A DNA stretch of 64,000 bases from Candidatus Pyrohabitans jungbluthii (GTDB taxonomy: Archaea > Hydrothermarchaeota > Hydrothermarchaeia > Hydrothermarchaeales > BMS3B). Where the stretch lies: contig MTMD02000002.1 of NCBI GenBank assembly GCA_002010065.2, positions 256,001 to 320,000 of the forward strand, in the 5' to 3' direction. Position 1 is the first letter of the stretch. Every line of letters begins with the position of its first letter. The notes beneath the pieces are model-generated. The model made no database searches, was not told where the DNA came from, and saw only the letters and a program-made list of their open reading frames with translations. Positions 29,081 to 38,783 of the stretch are shown here, piece by piece. A program made the translations under genes and the position numbers.

Positions 29081-30889
29081 CTACGCCTCTACCGCGAAAA
29101 TCTCCCTGCCTTCCTCCACATAGCTCAGCAAGGAATCGCCAATTTCGCTGTTCTTCGCCAGCTTAACCTCCCCCTTCCTGCCTATCGTCGCCGTGAACAG
29201 GTAGTCATCACCCGCGTAGAACTTCATCATCCTGCCTGCGTAGCCCTTGCCAAGGATGAGGTGGATGTAGTGCTTGGTCTCCGCCACATCCACTGGCACG
29301 CGCGGCGCAGCGCTACGCTCAGGCTGCGCCTTCTCGGCGAAAGTGCGCACATCTATGGCTAAGCCTAGCTTCTTTTCCAGCGATGCGATGCGCTTGCCCT
29401 TCCTGCCTATGAGCGCTGGCAGGTAGCGTTCATCCACGTACACAGTAGCCCTGCCCTCGCTTACCTCCACATTCACGCCTGCGCTGCTTGGGAGATGGCG
29501 TCTAACCTCCTGGAGAACACGCTCAGAGGCGAGCCTCTCCACAGGCTTGGCCTCGCGCACCTCAGCGACGGGCATTACAATTGTCTCCTCGCCGAAAGTG
29601 TAGATCTCATACTCTGTGGTGTCGCTTTCGAAGTCCTTCACCTCAATCACGGGCCTGGCGAGGTCAGCCTCTACCATGCCGGCAGGCACCTTTACAGAGA
29701 ACACCACCTTGTATACCTTCTCCACCCTGCCGTCCTTGATGAAGATTACAGTGTCCACAATCTGGGGAATCATTCCCAGCTCCACCCTGCCGATGAGGCG
29801 CTGCAGGGCATCTATGGCTTTGGTAGCGTGCACCACACCCACCATGCCCACGCCAGCCAGGCGCATGTCCGCAAATATCCTGAAGTCCCTCGTCTTGCGC
29901 ACTTCGTCATAAATTGTGTAGTCAGGGCGCACCAGTAGCAGTATATCGGCGGTCTTCTCCATGTCTCCCTCCAGGGGGGCGTACTGAGTAATCTCATCGC
30001 TAACCTGCAAATCGCGAGGCGACTCCATGGTTTTGACTATCTTGCCAAGAGAGCGGTAAAACTCGGCTAACGCCTGAGAGAAGGTGCTCTTGCCAGCGCC
30101 CGGCGGTCCGGCGACGAGTATCCCCTCAGCTCTCTCGCGCAGGCGCTGCAGGAGCTTATCGCTCAGCCTGTAGTCCTCAAGCGATACCTGGGCAATCGCT
30201 CGCACAGCGGTAATCTCAAAGCCGTCGCTGAAGGGCGGCTTGGCGATGGCGATGCGAATCTCTCGCAACTGAACAACGCTTGCCCCGCGGCGCTCTATCT
30301 CTATGAATGAATCCGGATCAACCTTCGCATACTCCAGAATCTCCCTCGCCAGCTTTGCCAGCTCCTTCTCCGTTAAAGGCTTCTCACCTATGGGCACGAG
30401 TTTTATATTGCCCGGCCTGCCCTTCTTTGCCATTGGCACTACACGCTCTCGCAGGTGAACCGACATCGTCTCAGCATCGAAATACTTGAGTATACCCAGC
30501 TTACGCTTCACCCGCTTGGCGCGGAGGTACTTCACCTTTATCCCCTTCACGCGAGCCACCATCGCCTGCACGCGGTCGCTGGTAACGAGAACGCCGCCCG
30601 TCTCCTTTGCCACATTCCTTATTATGTCGTCGATGAAGCGCAGCTCGTGCTCCTTTGGGCGCGAGCCATAGAACTCCAGAGTAATAACCCCAGCCTCCGC
30701 CTTTTCGCGAAGATGCGCCAGCTCCTCAAGACCATTGAATCCGCTCTCCTTGCCCTGATTTGCCTGGTGCTCTAGCTCTGCCACCACCGCCTCAGGTACA
30801 ATAATCTTCGCCCCGGCGTAATCCTTATTCTTTATAAGCTGGGTTATCCTTCCATCTATTATAACCGAAGTATCTGGTACAAGAATCAT
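29081..30889 (-). CDS. PINc/VapC-ATPase-KH protein (PINA-like)
   Basis: PIN domain ([10 protein letters not shown]), [19 protein letters not shown]-terminal KH (LIGRKG). Confidence 0.92.
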   Translation of the reverse strand: MILVPDTSVIIDGRITQLIKNKDYAGAKIIVPEAVVAELEHQANQGKESGFNGLEELAHLREKAEAGVITLEFYGSRPKEHELRFIDDIIRNVAKETGGVLVTSDRVQAMVARVKGIKVKYLRAKRVKRKLGILKYFDAETMSVHLRERVVPMAKKGRPGNIKLVPIGEKPLTEKELAKLAREILEYAKVDPDSFIEIERRGASVVQLREIRIAIAKPPFSDGFEITAVRAIAQVSLEDYRLSDKLLQRLRERAEGILVAGPPGAGKSTFSQALAEFYRSLGKIVKTMESPRDLQVSDEITQYAPLEGDMEKTADILLLVRPDYTIYDEVRKTRDFRIFADMRLAGVGMVGVVHATKAIDALQRLIGRVELGMIPQIVDTVIFIKDGRVEKVYKVVFSVKVPAGMVEADLARPVIEVKDFESDTTEYEIYTFGEETIVMPVAEVREAKPVERLASERVLQEVRRHLPSSAGVNVEVSEGRATVYVDERYLPALIGRKGKRIASLEKKLGLAIDVRTFAEKAQPERSAAPRVPVDVAETKHYIHLILGKGYAGRMMKFYAGDDYLFTATIGRKGEVKLAKNSEIGDSLLSYVEEGREIFAVEA

Positions 30890-31317
30890 CTTCTACCTCC
30901 ATAAACCTTCTCGGGGTCAAACATGCGCTCGCCCTGGGTTACCCACTCACCCTCGCGGAGCACGCGGTGGAAGCAGGAGTAGTACCCCTCGTGGCACGCT
31001 GCGCCGCGCTGCTCTACCTTAAATAGCAGAGCATCGCCGTCGCAGTCCAAGCGCACCTCCTTGACAACCTGGAAGTTGCCGGAGGTCTCGCCCTTAACCC
31101 AGAGCTTTCTGCGGGAGGTGCTGTAGTAGGTCATTTTTCGCGTGGCGAGCGTCTTTGCCAGAGCCTCGCGGTTCATAAAGGCTACCATAAGCACCTCTTG
31201 AGTGCGGTAATCCTGAACCACAGCGATGGCAAGCTCTTCTCCAGCGAGCTTAATCCTGAAGTTAACCCTGTCTAACAACTCCTCCATATTAACTCCACTT
31301 AATTTTATTGTCCCCAC
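30886..31317 (-). CDS. hisI: Phosphoribosyl-AMP cyclohydrolase
   Basis: [25 protein letters not shown]. Confidence 0.95.
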   Translation of the reverse strand: MGTIKLSGVNMEELLDRVNFRIKLAGEELAIAVVQDYRTQEVLMVAFMNREALAKTLATRKMTYYSTSRRKLWVKGETSGNFQVVKEVRLDCDGDALLFKVEQRGAACHEGYYSCFHRVLREGEWVTQGERMFDPEKVYGGRR

Positions 31318-31391
31318 CCTTTATTACTGTTATTCTTAGATGTGCCCCAGTAGGATTACATGATTTTTACAAAAGTAACTGAAAGTAAACC

Positions 31392-32258
31392 CTACTCCAT
31401 CCCCTCCAGCACAACCTCGGCGATGTCCTTCACCTCAAGCTTAGCCCCGACCTCGGCTACGCCCTTCTTGAGCACACGCTTGCACTGCTGGCATGCGGTG
31501 ACCAGAACGCTGGCGCCTGTCCCCTCGGCTTCTCTCGCCACAGTGTGGGAGATGTCCGAAGTGAGCTCCGGCTCAACAAGCTCCAGGTCGCCACCACCGC
31601 CACAGCACAGCGCAATCTCCCTGACGCGGGGCATCTCCACAAGCTCCGCTTTAAGGGCACGCAACACTTTGCGCGGCGCCTCGTAAATCCTGGAATGCCT
31701 TCCAAGGTCGCAGGGATCGTGATAGGTGAGCTTTACGCTGTAGCCGCGAAGCTTCAATCTCTTAGCCTCTATAAGCTCCTGGATAAACTCCGTGTGATGG
31801 TACAGCTTCGCATTAAGCGAGTAGTGCTCCCTGAAGGTGCGATAGCAGCTCGGGCATGAGAAGACCACCTTGCTTGCGCCGGTCTTTTCAATCTCTTTGG
31901 TGTTGTGCTCTATAAGCTGCGCAGCCTCGCTGTGCATACCAGCGACGATAAGCGGGTAGCCGCAGCACCACTCATTTTCACCCAGAATAGCGAAGTCCAC
32001 GTCGGCCTTCTCCAGCACCTGCACCACCGCAGCTGGTATGTCCTGAATTTGAGGCGAGAAGCTGGACATACACCCAACGAAGTAGATTACCTCCGCCCGC
32101 TTCCTGAACAGCCTTTTTGGAGGAGAGGGCATGAATTCAGCCCACATCGCGCGTTCGCTGTTTGGAAAGTTCGCCACGTTCTTGTTGTTCGCTATTGCCT
32201 CGCGTATAAGCTCGAGGCTCTTCGGGTAGGCAACGCTAGGCTTTGGCATTACAAGCAC
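31392..32258 (-). CDS. CCG-domain Fe-S protein (HdrB-like), paralog of the C-terminal half of the upstream gene
   Basis: YFVGC, WCCGYP, SCPSC, YHDPCDLGR, CCGGGG, ACQQC; no ferredoxin domain. Confidence 0.88.
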   Translation of the reverse strand: MLVMPKPSVAYPKSLELIREAIANNKNVANFPNSERAMWAEFMPSPPKRLFRKRAEVIYFVGCMSSFSPQIQDIPAAVVQVLEKADVDFAILGENEWCCGYPLIVAGMHSEAAQLIEHNTKEIEKTGASKVVFSCPSCYRTFREHYSLNAKLYHHTEFIQELIEAKRLKLRGYSVKLTYHDPCDLGRHSRIYEAPRKVLRALKAELVEMPRVREIALCCGGGGDLELVEPELTSDISHTVAREAEGTGASVLVTACQQCKRVLKKGVAEVGAKLEVKDIAEVVLEGME

Positions 32259-32291
32259 CAGAGTAAGTGAGCAGTTTCACAAGGGCAAAGG

Positions 32292-34331
32292 CTACTCCAT
32301 CGACTCCAGCACCAGCTCGGCGATGTCCTTAACCTCGTAGCGCTTGCCCTCATGCTTTTCAGCGGCTGACTTAATAACACGCTTGCACTGCTGGCACGCT
32401 GTAGCGATGGTGTCTATGCCCACTTCATCAGCCTCGTGGATAATCTGCATTGACACCTTCTCAGTAATCTTCGGGTTGGCTATCTCCACGTCGCCACCGC
32501 CACCGCAGCACAGCGCAAATTCGCGGTTGTTTGGAAATTCTCTGAACTCAACACCCGGTAGCGCATTTATTACCTCTCGGGGCTCATCGAAGACGCGGGA
32601 GTTTCTGCCAAGGTCGCAGGGGTCATGGTAGGCGACGCTGAGGTTGAGGGGCTTCTTCAGCTTTAGTTTGCCTTCCTGAATCAGCCTGGCGATAAATTGC
32701 GAGTGGTGCAGAAGCTCTACGCCCTCTATCTTCGGATACTCATGCGCAAATGTGTGGTAACAGCTTGGGCAGGAGAAGACGACGGTTTTCGCTCCTTTGG
32801 CTTTTATCGCCTCGATGTTGTGCCTGATGTGCTCCTCTACCTCTTCCTTCATGCCCAGGATCATCAACGGGTAGCCGCAGCAGTACTCCTGCTCGCCCAG
32901 GATGGTGAAGTCCACGCCCGCCTTCTCCAGCACCTGCACGAACGCCGCTGGTATATCCTGCACCTGCGGGGAGAAGCTCCCCACGCAGCCCACGAAGTAT
33001 ACCACCTCAGCTTTATCCTTCTGGTAATAATCCTCAGGCGGCTGGGGTATGAAGAAGTCTATCCACATCGCTCTATCGCTGTTGGGGAAGTTTGCCACGT
33101 TCTTCTCATTCACCACCGCTTCGCGAACCATATGGAACTTCTTTGGCAGAAGCCCACGGTGGTAGAGGTTGGCTCTAACGGCGATGCCCAGCTCACGGGT
33201 GTTTATGAACACTGGGCAAGCTTCGGCGCAGCGCGCGCAGAGGAGGCAGTTGTACACCTCGCTTTCAGACATGGCTTTGCCTTCTTTCTTCGCCCACAGC
33301 TTATCTGCGAAGTGCTCTGCCTTAATCTCCTGCTTTACGTGGGAGTTAATCGCGGCATAGCTCAGGTAGGTCTCCAGTTCAGGATCCGCTTTCGTTGCCT
33401 CGTAAACCTGGCAGTTGAAGGTGCATATCTGGCACTTGACGCATGCATCGAGCTGAATGAGCTGGCGGGAGGTGAAGTCTATCTCTGCTGGCTTGCCCTC
33501 AACGCCATGGTAGTCGTAGGGGAAGGCGTTGATAAGCATAACAAAAGGCGAGGTGAAAATATGCCACAGCTTCTTGTTGTAGGGGATACTGGCGAAGAGC
33601 GAAGTCAGAAGAAGCGCGGAGAGGACCCAGAGACCATCGTTAAACCCGCCAAGGAAGGGCAGGGCTTTGCTCAAGCCGTAGGCTATGAACCAGTGACGTG
33701 CGATTTCATCGGGCACATTATAAGCCTGAAGTGCCGCCGCCTCGCCGAGGAATCGGAAGATGAACCATCCGCCGAGGTTAATCACCGCAAGCTTGTCCAC
33801 CAGCGTTGTCTTTATCGGAAAAGCTTTCGCAACGAAGCGGCGGTATATCGCTATGAACTCACCCAGAAGCACCATCCCACCAAAGATTTCGTTAAGCAAT
33901 GCGTAAGTGGCATCTATAGCCTGGAAATTCGCCGGGTTGACCGTCGCAAGATAGTAGTAGTCCACGAAGGGCGCGAAGAAGAAGAGCAGAACCTCAGAAT
34001 AGCCATGAAGCTGCTCCACCCGCGTTGAACCCTTGATGTGATTTACTAAGATTATGCCCACGTAGCCGAAGATTATCAGAACCTTCATCAGCCAGCGCAG
34101 CTTGTCCTGCCTAAAAAGCCTGCGCTGCAGGAAGACCTCCATCACAAGCCGCTCTATTAGCGTAACAATATTCCGGCTGAAGATGTTGCGCACCGCCCAC
34201 TTAACACTTCCAGTGAGGGAATGCCTGCCCTTGAGCCAGAGCGCTATGTTCCACGCCACGCCTATGAGCATTATCGCCGTGCCTATGATGAAGAGCACCA
34301 CGAAGAGGGGTAGTCCACCGAGCATTATCAT
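32292..34331 (-). CDS. Membrane-anchored heterodisulfide-reductase-like protein (NarI/HdrE-like + 2x4Fe-4S + CCG/HdrD)
   Basis: N-terminal TM helices; CVKCQICTFNC and CLLCARCAEACP; two CCG domains. Confidence 0.88.
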   Translation of the reverse strand: MIMLGGLPLFVVLFIIGTAIMLIGVAWNIALWLKGRHSLTGSVKWAVRNIFSRNIVTLIERLVMEVFLQRRLFRQDKLRWLMKVLIIFGYVGIILVNHIKGSTRVEQLHGYSEVLLFFFAPFVDYYYLATVNPANFQAIDATYALLNEIFGGMVLLGEFIAIYRRFVAKAFPIKTTLVDKLAVINLGGWFIFRFLGEAAALQAYNVPDEIARHWFIAYGLSKALPFLGGFNDGLWVLSALLLTSLFASIPYNKKLWHIFTSPFVMLINAFPYDYHGVEGKPAEIDFTSRQLIQLDACVKCQICTFNCQVYEATKADPELETYLSYAAINSHVKQEIKAEHFADKLWAKKEGKAMSESEVYNCLLCARCAEACPVFINTRELGIAVRANLYHRGLLPKKFHMVREAVVNEKNVANFPNSDRAMWIDFFIPQPPEDYYQKDKAEVVYFVGCVGSFSPQVQDIPAAFVQVLEKAGVDFTILGEQEYCCGYPLMILGMKEEVEEHIRHNIEAIKAKGAKTVVFSCPSCYHTFAHEYPKIEGVELLHHSQFIARLIQEGKLKLKKPLNLSVAYHDPCDLGRNSRVFDEPREVINALPGVEFREFPNNREFALCCGGGGDVEIANPKITEKVSMQIIHEADEVGIDTIATACQQCKRVIKSAAEKHEGKRYEVKDIAELVLESME

Positions 34332-34483
34332 AGTGCCACCACCTTAAGCTGGGTAATTCTAAGTGATTGTGATAACCTTTATAAAATTTGCTATTATTAA
34401 TTATGATAGATTTTAGTTGAAAGCAGTTAAATTATTTTGACACCTAACCAAAACATATATATCCTTCCTTCGCGGAAAGGTAT

Positions 34484-34840
34484 ATGGGGATTAAAATGCC
34501 AAAGATGAGGTTTCTTGTGATTCAAAAACCAAAGGATGAGGTGGTGGGAACGACCCCGCCAGGGGAGATGATAGAGCACGTGCTGAGGCACATAGAGTAC
34601 TTCCGCGAGCTAAAGGAGAAGGGCATAGTTATTGAAGAGGGAGCCTTCGCAGGTGTCAGGGGAGGCTTTGGAATCTTTGAGGTGGAGAGCCTGGAGGAGC
34701 TGAACAGCATACTCAACCACGCGCCGGCGATGCCGTATATGCACACTGAGATTTATCCCCTCGTGAGCCGCGATACCCGCGTTAAGCAGCTTGAGGAGCA
34801 GCTCCGAAAGCTGAGGCAGAAGCTGGAGGTGTACGCGTAG
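34484..34840 (+). CDS. Small dimeric alpha-beta barrel protein (muconolactone isomerase/YciI-like)
   Basis: GGFGIFEVESLEELNSIL...P...EIYPL pattern. Confidence 0.65.
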   Translation: MGIKMPKMRFLVIQKPKDEVVGTTPPGEMIEHVLRHIEYFRELKEKGIVIEEGAFAGVRGGFGIFEVESLEELNSILNHAPAMPYMHTEIYPLVSRDTRVKQLEEQLRKLRQKLEVYA

Positions 34841-34889
34841 CTTTTCAACTTTTTTCTTGTCACCCACGCCTTTTAAATCAGGTGATATA

Positions 34890-35495
34890 TTGAGGATAAG
34901 GTACTGTGCTTTCTGCGGTAGCAGGCTTAGGGATAACTCCAGATTCTGCCCCTCCTGCGGCGCTGACATGGCGCCCTTCTATGCGCTGGTAGATGCGAGT
35001 AGCTTTGCCGGCGAACTTAAGCGGATGATGAGTGAGATTATAGATGCCAACGCTAAGGCTTTAGAAGAGCTTGCGAGGCAGATGGAGCGCGGCGAAGGCG
35101 GTGTGTTCTTCTCTGTGGAGATGCAGGGGGGGAAGCCACCAATTATCCGCACCGGCAAGCCAGAGGATTTGAAGAAGATACTCAACGAGATCCCTCTGCC
35201 AGATTTTGTGAAGGAGATGTTCAGCTCCGGCGAAAGCTACGAGGCGGAGTTTAAGGAAGCCAGGGTGGAGAGGCGCCAGTACGCGAGGGGTGAGGTTATC
35301 CTGGTGGAGATGCCGGGCATCGCAAGCATAGACGACGTTGAGGTGGTGAAGAAGCAGAGCAACTTGGAAATTGCGGGCAAAGCAGGGAGAGTGGTGTACT
35401 TCGCCCAGGTTCCCCTGGAGGAGAACTCCACCGTCGTAGAGACATCGCTCAGCGACGGCGTGCTCAGGGTTGTGGTGGATAGAAGCAGACCTTGA
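34890..35495 (+). CDS. Zinc-ribbon + Hsp20/alpha-crystallin-like protein
   Basis: CAFCG...CPSCG; LVEMPG...DGVLRV; TTG start after GGTGA. Confidence 0.7.
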   Translation: MRIRYCAFCGSRLRDNSRFCPSCGADMAPFYALVDASSFAGELKRMMSEIIDANAKALEELARQMERGEGGVFFSVEMQGGKPPIIRTGKPEDLKKILNEIPLPDFVKEMFSSGESYEAEFKEARVERRQYARGEVILVEMPGIASIDDVEVVKKQSNLEIAGKAGRVVYFAQVPLEENSTVVETSLSDGVLRVVVDRSRP

Positions 35496-35496
35496 A

Positions 35497-36738
35497 TTAA
35501 GCTTTAAACCAATCAGATACTTTCTCTTGTGGAAAGAAATTATCTCCTGAAACAATAATGTGTAGTCTTGTATATACACCTCTCGGGACAGATAGAGCCC
35601 CAATACTATTTAATCTTTCACTTGGTTTCAAATTATAAGTTTTTTCTCTAGTCTGGGAATACACTTTGCCTTCTTCTGTTGTATCGAATCCTGCCCAAAT
35701 TTTCAGATTTTCAGCAGTTGCAGAACCTTCATTCTTAACGGTTATATTTATCTCGTAAGTAACATAAAATGGGCTTGAATTAACACTTCTAGATGTAAAT
35801 TCTACGGTTATAATAGGCTTTGGAATAAAGTGCCTTAATATTGCCTCAGTTCCTGTATATTCATCTGGTATCTCGCCGATCTCCCAACCTTCTCCTGTGG
35901 TTTCTATGTAGCAAAAACTATTACCATTACTATCCTCATAAGTGCCTTCTTCGCATTTAACCCCAACTGCCATATGGTTTGGGAATTCCAGCAAAACAGC
36001 ATCATACCCTAATTCATTAATTAAAACAGCTGTCAAAATTGATAAATCTTCACAGTCACCACCTTTGTCTACTAATGTTTCTATCGGGTATCTGGGATAT
36101 TCATCGAAAGGTGTTGTGATGTTATCAGATGTATAAGGCAAACTTTGGACAAAACTAATAACAAAATTTACAGTTTCATATTCATCAAATCCGTTTCTTT
36201 TTGAGACGTTTTTAAACAAATTTGCAAGTTGTGAGATTAGTCTATCGTCATAGGGGTCAGTAGCATAAATTGAATAATCTCCCGTCGGTGGACGTGGCTT
36301 ATTTTTATAATACTCATATAGTGTTTTAGGAAATATTAGGTTCCAGGCATATTGATTTCCTTTGAAATTCCATTTATATTCTCTTAGAATGTAATTTTGT
36401 GTCTCATTTGGTGGAATACAAAATAGCTCTTCTACCCTTGAAGCACACTGATAGTTAGTAGAAACATCGCAATAGTATATTGTTCTACTTTGCTTGAAAT
36501 TTGTACAATTGTTCCATGAAGATGGTTCTGGGCACTGAGGACAAAATTTTACATCCGTTTCTTTTACACTAAAATCTGCGTTATCTGTTGGGATAAATGT
36601 GTATGTAAGAAACCCTAAAAATAATAAGAAGTTGAATTCATAAATAAGAAATTTCACAAGATAATCGTTAATCTTGTTGGATCCATTAGAAATGGATTTA
36701 TTTAGGTTAGAGATCCTGGTGAGAATGTTAAATATCAA
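35497..36738 (-). CDS. Membrane-anchored transglutaminase-like protein with C-terminal Ig-like (CARDB-like) domain, on an AT-rich island
   Basis: GGDCEDLSIL, NHMAVGV, YIETT (Cys-His-Glu); VKNEGSATAEN; start uncertain. Confidence 0.75.
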   Translation of the reverse strand: MIFNILTRISNLNKSISNGSNKINDYLVKFLIYEFNFLLFLGFLTYTFIPTDNADFSVKETDVKFCPQCPEPSSWNNCTNFKQSRTIYYCDVSTNYQCASRVEELFCIPPNETQNYILREYKWNFKGNQYAWNLIFPKTLYEYYKNKPRPPTGDYSIYATDPYDDRLISQLANLFKNVSKRNGFDEYETVNFVISFVQSLPYTSDNITTPFDEYPRYPIETLVDKGGDCEDLSILTAVLINELGYDAVLLEFPNHMAVGVKCEEGTYEDSNGNSFCYIETTGEGWEIGEIPDEYTGTEAILRHFIPKPIITVEFTSRSVNSSPFYVTYEINITVKNEGSATAENLKIWAGFDTTEEGKVYSQTREKTYNLKPSERLNSIGALSVPRGVYTRLHIIVSGDNFFPQEKVSDWFKA

Positions 36739-36970
36739 ATCGGGCCCCCCAAATCATACAATTAATGTTTTATTTGTTCTATTTAAAATATAACTTTTAC
36801 AATGCGATGCGACATCCGAAAAATAAGTTATATCTGCTGATGACGGCAAATAGCTAAATTTTCACCTAAATTTTTATATTTCATGAAATGAGAGCAATGT
36901 GAAAATTTTAAAAAGAGACAATTAAACAATTTGCTGAATAAACGCCTATATCCTTTTTGCTTTTTTGGTA

Positions 36971-37903
36971 TCAAAAATTATACTTGTGCACACAATCCTC
37001 GGCTCTTATTCTGTCGTAATCGCGAGCCATCGCAGGCGTTAGCCAGGGCTTTACGCTTTTCATGGCGTAGCGTATGTCCTCCATGGTTACAATTACGCCG
37101 TCGCCTGAGGCGCGCTGAATCGCCATAAGCTTGGCTTTGCGCGCCAGGCTCTCCAAGTCCCAGCCCACGTAGTACTCCGTCTCTTCTGCAAGCTTCTCCA
37201 GGCTTACATCCTCAGCAAGGGCGACGCCAGAGAAGTAGTACTTCAGTATTGCTAGGCGGTCTTCATAGCTCGGGCGGGGCACGTATATCTTCCTGCCCAG
37301 CATTGAGGTGCGCGTAAACGCCTGGTCAAGCACGTCTATACGGTAGCAGCTCGCCGCGACAAAAATCTCGGGGTCGTACGCGACGCTCGCAATTTCCTCA
37401 TGCACAGCGCGGTGCACTTCCGGCGTTCCGAGCTTATCAGGCTTTCCGTAGGTTGAGCCGTCGCTCCACTCATAGTTAGCGTCCCTGCGGGGAGCTAACC
37501 AGTCCAGGTCCATAAGGTGCACCAGCACCGGCTTATGCTCCCGCGCCCACTCGAAGGCTCTGCGGATAACCTCCTCCTGTGCGGTGCATTCGCGACCTCG
37601 TATGATTAGGTAATTAACACCAGCCTCTTTAGCGCTGGCCTCTATAAGGTGCCCTCTGCCTGTGCCCAGAGGTCCCCACACTATAACGCCAGTGGGAGGC
37701 TGGATTCCTGCCTTTTTCAGAGCTTCGCCGTACTTAAGCGGCGTAACCACAATATCGCGGAACCTCTCCTTTACCTCATCGTAGCCCGCGATCTGCTCAA
37801 AGCTGAAGCGTGGCTCGAGAACATCGAGGTAAACCTCAAAATACTCCTCGATGCTTTTTTTAGAAGAGCCCTCAATATCCTCGTAGCTCATCCGCTTGGT
37901 CAT
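36971..37903 (-). CDS. Cdc48/PAN-like single-module AAA+ protein, degenerate (paralog B)
   Basis: FEQIAGYDEVKERF...PLKYGE; Walker A-like GPLGTGRG; Walker B-like LMDLD; lid domain; ends DCVHKYNF. Confidence 0.8.
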   Translation of the reverse strand: MTKRMSYEDIEGSSKKSIEEYFEVYLDVLEPRFSFEQIAGYDEVKERFRDIVVTPLKYGEALKKAGIQPPTGVIVWGPLGTGRGHLIEASAKEAGVNYLIIRGRECTAQEEVIRRAFEWAREHKPVLVHLMDLDWLAPRRDANYEWSDGSTYGKPDKLGTPEVHRAVHEEIASVAYDPEIFVAASCYRIDVLDQAFTRTSMLGRKIYVPRPSYEDRLAILKYYFSGVALAEDVSLEKLAEETEYYVGWDLESLARKAKLMAIQRASGDGVIVTMEDIRYAMKSVKPWLTPAMARDYDRIRAEDCVHKYNF

Positions 37904-37912
37904 GTTCTCCCC

Positions 37913-38782
37913 CTAATACATGTAGCGGTGCTTGCACTCCTCTTTATAAATATCGTCATAGCGGCGCAGCATCTCCGGCGTAAGCTCAGGGGTTATGCGC
38001 TCAAGTGCTTGCAAAAAATGCCTGAGCTTAACGCTGCTGAAGTTGTTTTTCTCCTCCTTTATTGCCATGAGCGTCGCCTGCCTTGGCAAGGAAAACAGCT
38101 GGGAAGGCGTGTGGTAGGCTGTTGCTTCAGCGAGCTTCTCCAGCGAGACGTCCTCGCCTAAGGGCACGTCGCTGAGCACCCTCTTGAGAATCTCAAGCCT
38201 GTCCTCAAACGCTGCGGGGGGCACGTATATCTTGCGGTCTATCCTGCCGTTGCGCAGCAGCGCCGGGTCGAGAATATCCACACGGGAGCTTGATACGAGT
38301 ATCTTAACGTCGTCGCGGTCGGCAAGCTCATCCACGCACTTAAAAAGCAAACGCGTCGCCTCGCGAGAGGCGAACACAGGTGGAGGAGGCAGAAGTGCTG
38401 ACTCAGCCTCGCGGCGCGGCGCTAAAATTTCCACCTCGCTTATGAACACCAAGCTTGGCGCCAGTTCGCGAGCAGCGTCGAAGAGGTGCTCAATGCTGTG
38501 CTCCTCCTCCACTAGGTTCTTCGCCTGCGCCGATAATAGCGTTACGCCCGCCTCCTTGGCGCTCGCCTCGGCAAATGTAGCAAAGCTGTTGGGTGGACCC
38601 CACATGAGTATGCCCCTCGGAGGGCGAAGACCGGCTTGTTTAAACGTCTCCGGGTGCTTCAGCGGGAGCACCACCATCTCCTCGAGGCGCTCCTTCACCT
38701 CCCAGAAGCCAGCTATTTCTTCAAAGCCAACCTCAGGCTCCTTAACCTTGAAGTACTGCCCTGGCTCAAGAACCTCGCACAT
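37913..38782 (-). CDS. Cdc48/PAN-like single-module AAA+ protein, degenerate (paralog A)
   Basis: FEEIAGFWEVKERLEEMVVLPLKHPE...PPRGILMWGPP; SRH LDPALLRNGRIDR; ends ECKHRYMY. Confidence 0.82.
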   Translation of the reverse strand: MCEVLEPGQYFKVKEPEVGFEEIAGFWEVKERLEEMVVLPLKHPETFKQAGLRPPRGILMWGPPNSFATFAEASAKEAGVTLLSAQAKNLVEEEHSIEHLFDAARELAPSLVFISEVEILAPRREAESALLPPPPVFASREATRLLFKCVDELADRDDVKILVSSSRVDILDPALLRNGRIDRKIYVPPAAFEDRLEILKRVLSDVPLGEDVSLEKLAEATAYHTPSQLFSLPRQATLMAIKEEKNNFSSVKLRHFLQALERITPELTPEMLRRYDDIYKEECKHRYMY

Positions 38783-38783
38783 G

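Noticed and set aside
29081-30889. VapC toxin or secretion ATPase
   Set aside because: The PIN-ATPase-KH architecture matches the conserved archaeal PINA protein.
32697-34028. 443-aa + strand ORF (also 20027-20962 and other long antisense ORFs)
   Set aside because: These lie antisense to well-supported genes, have no motifs and are explained by codon bias.
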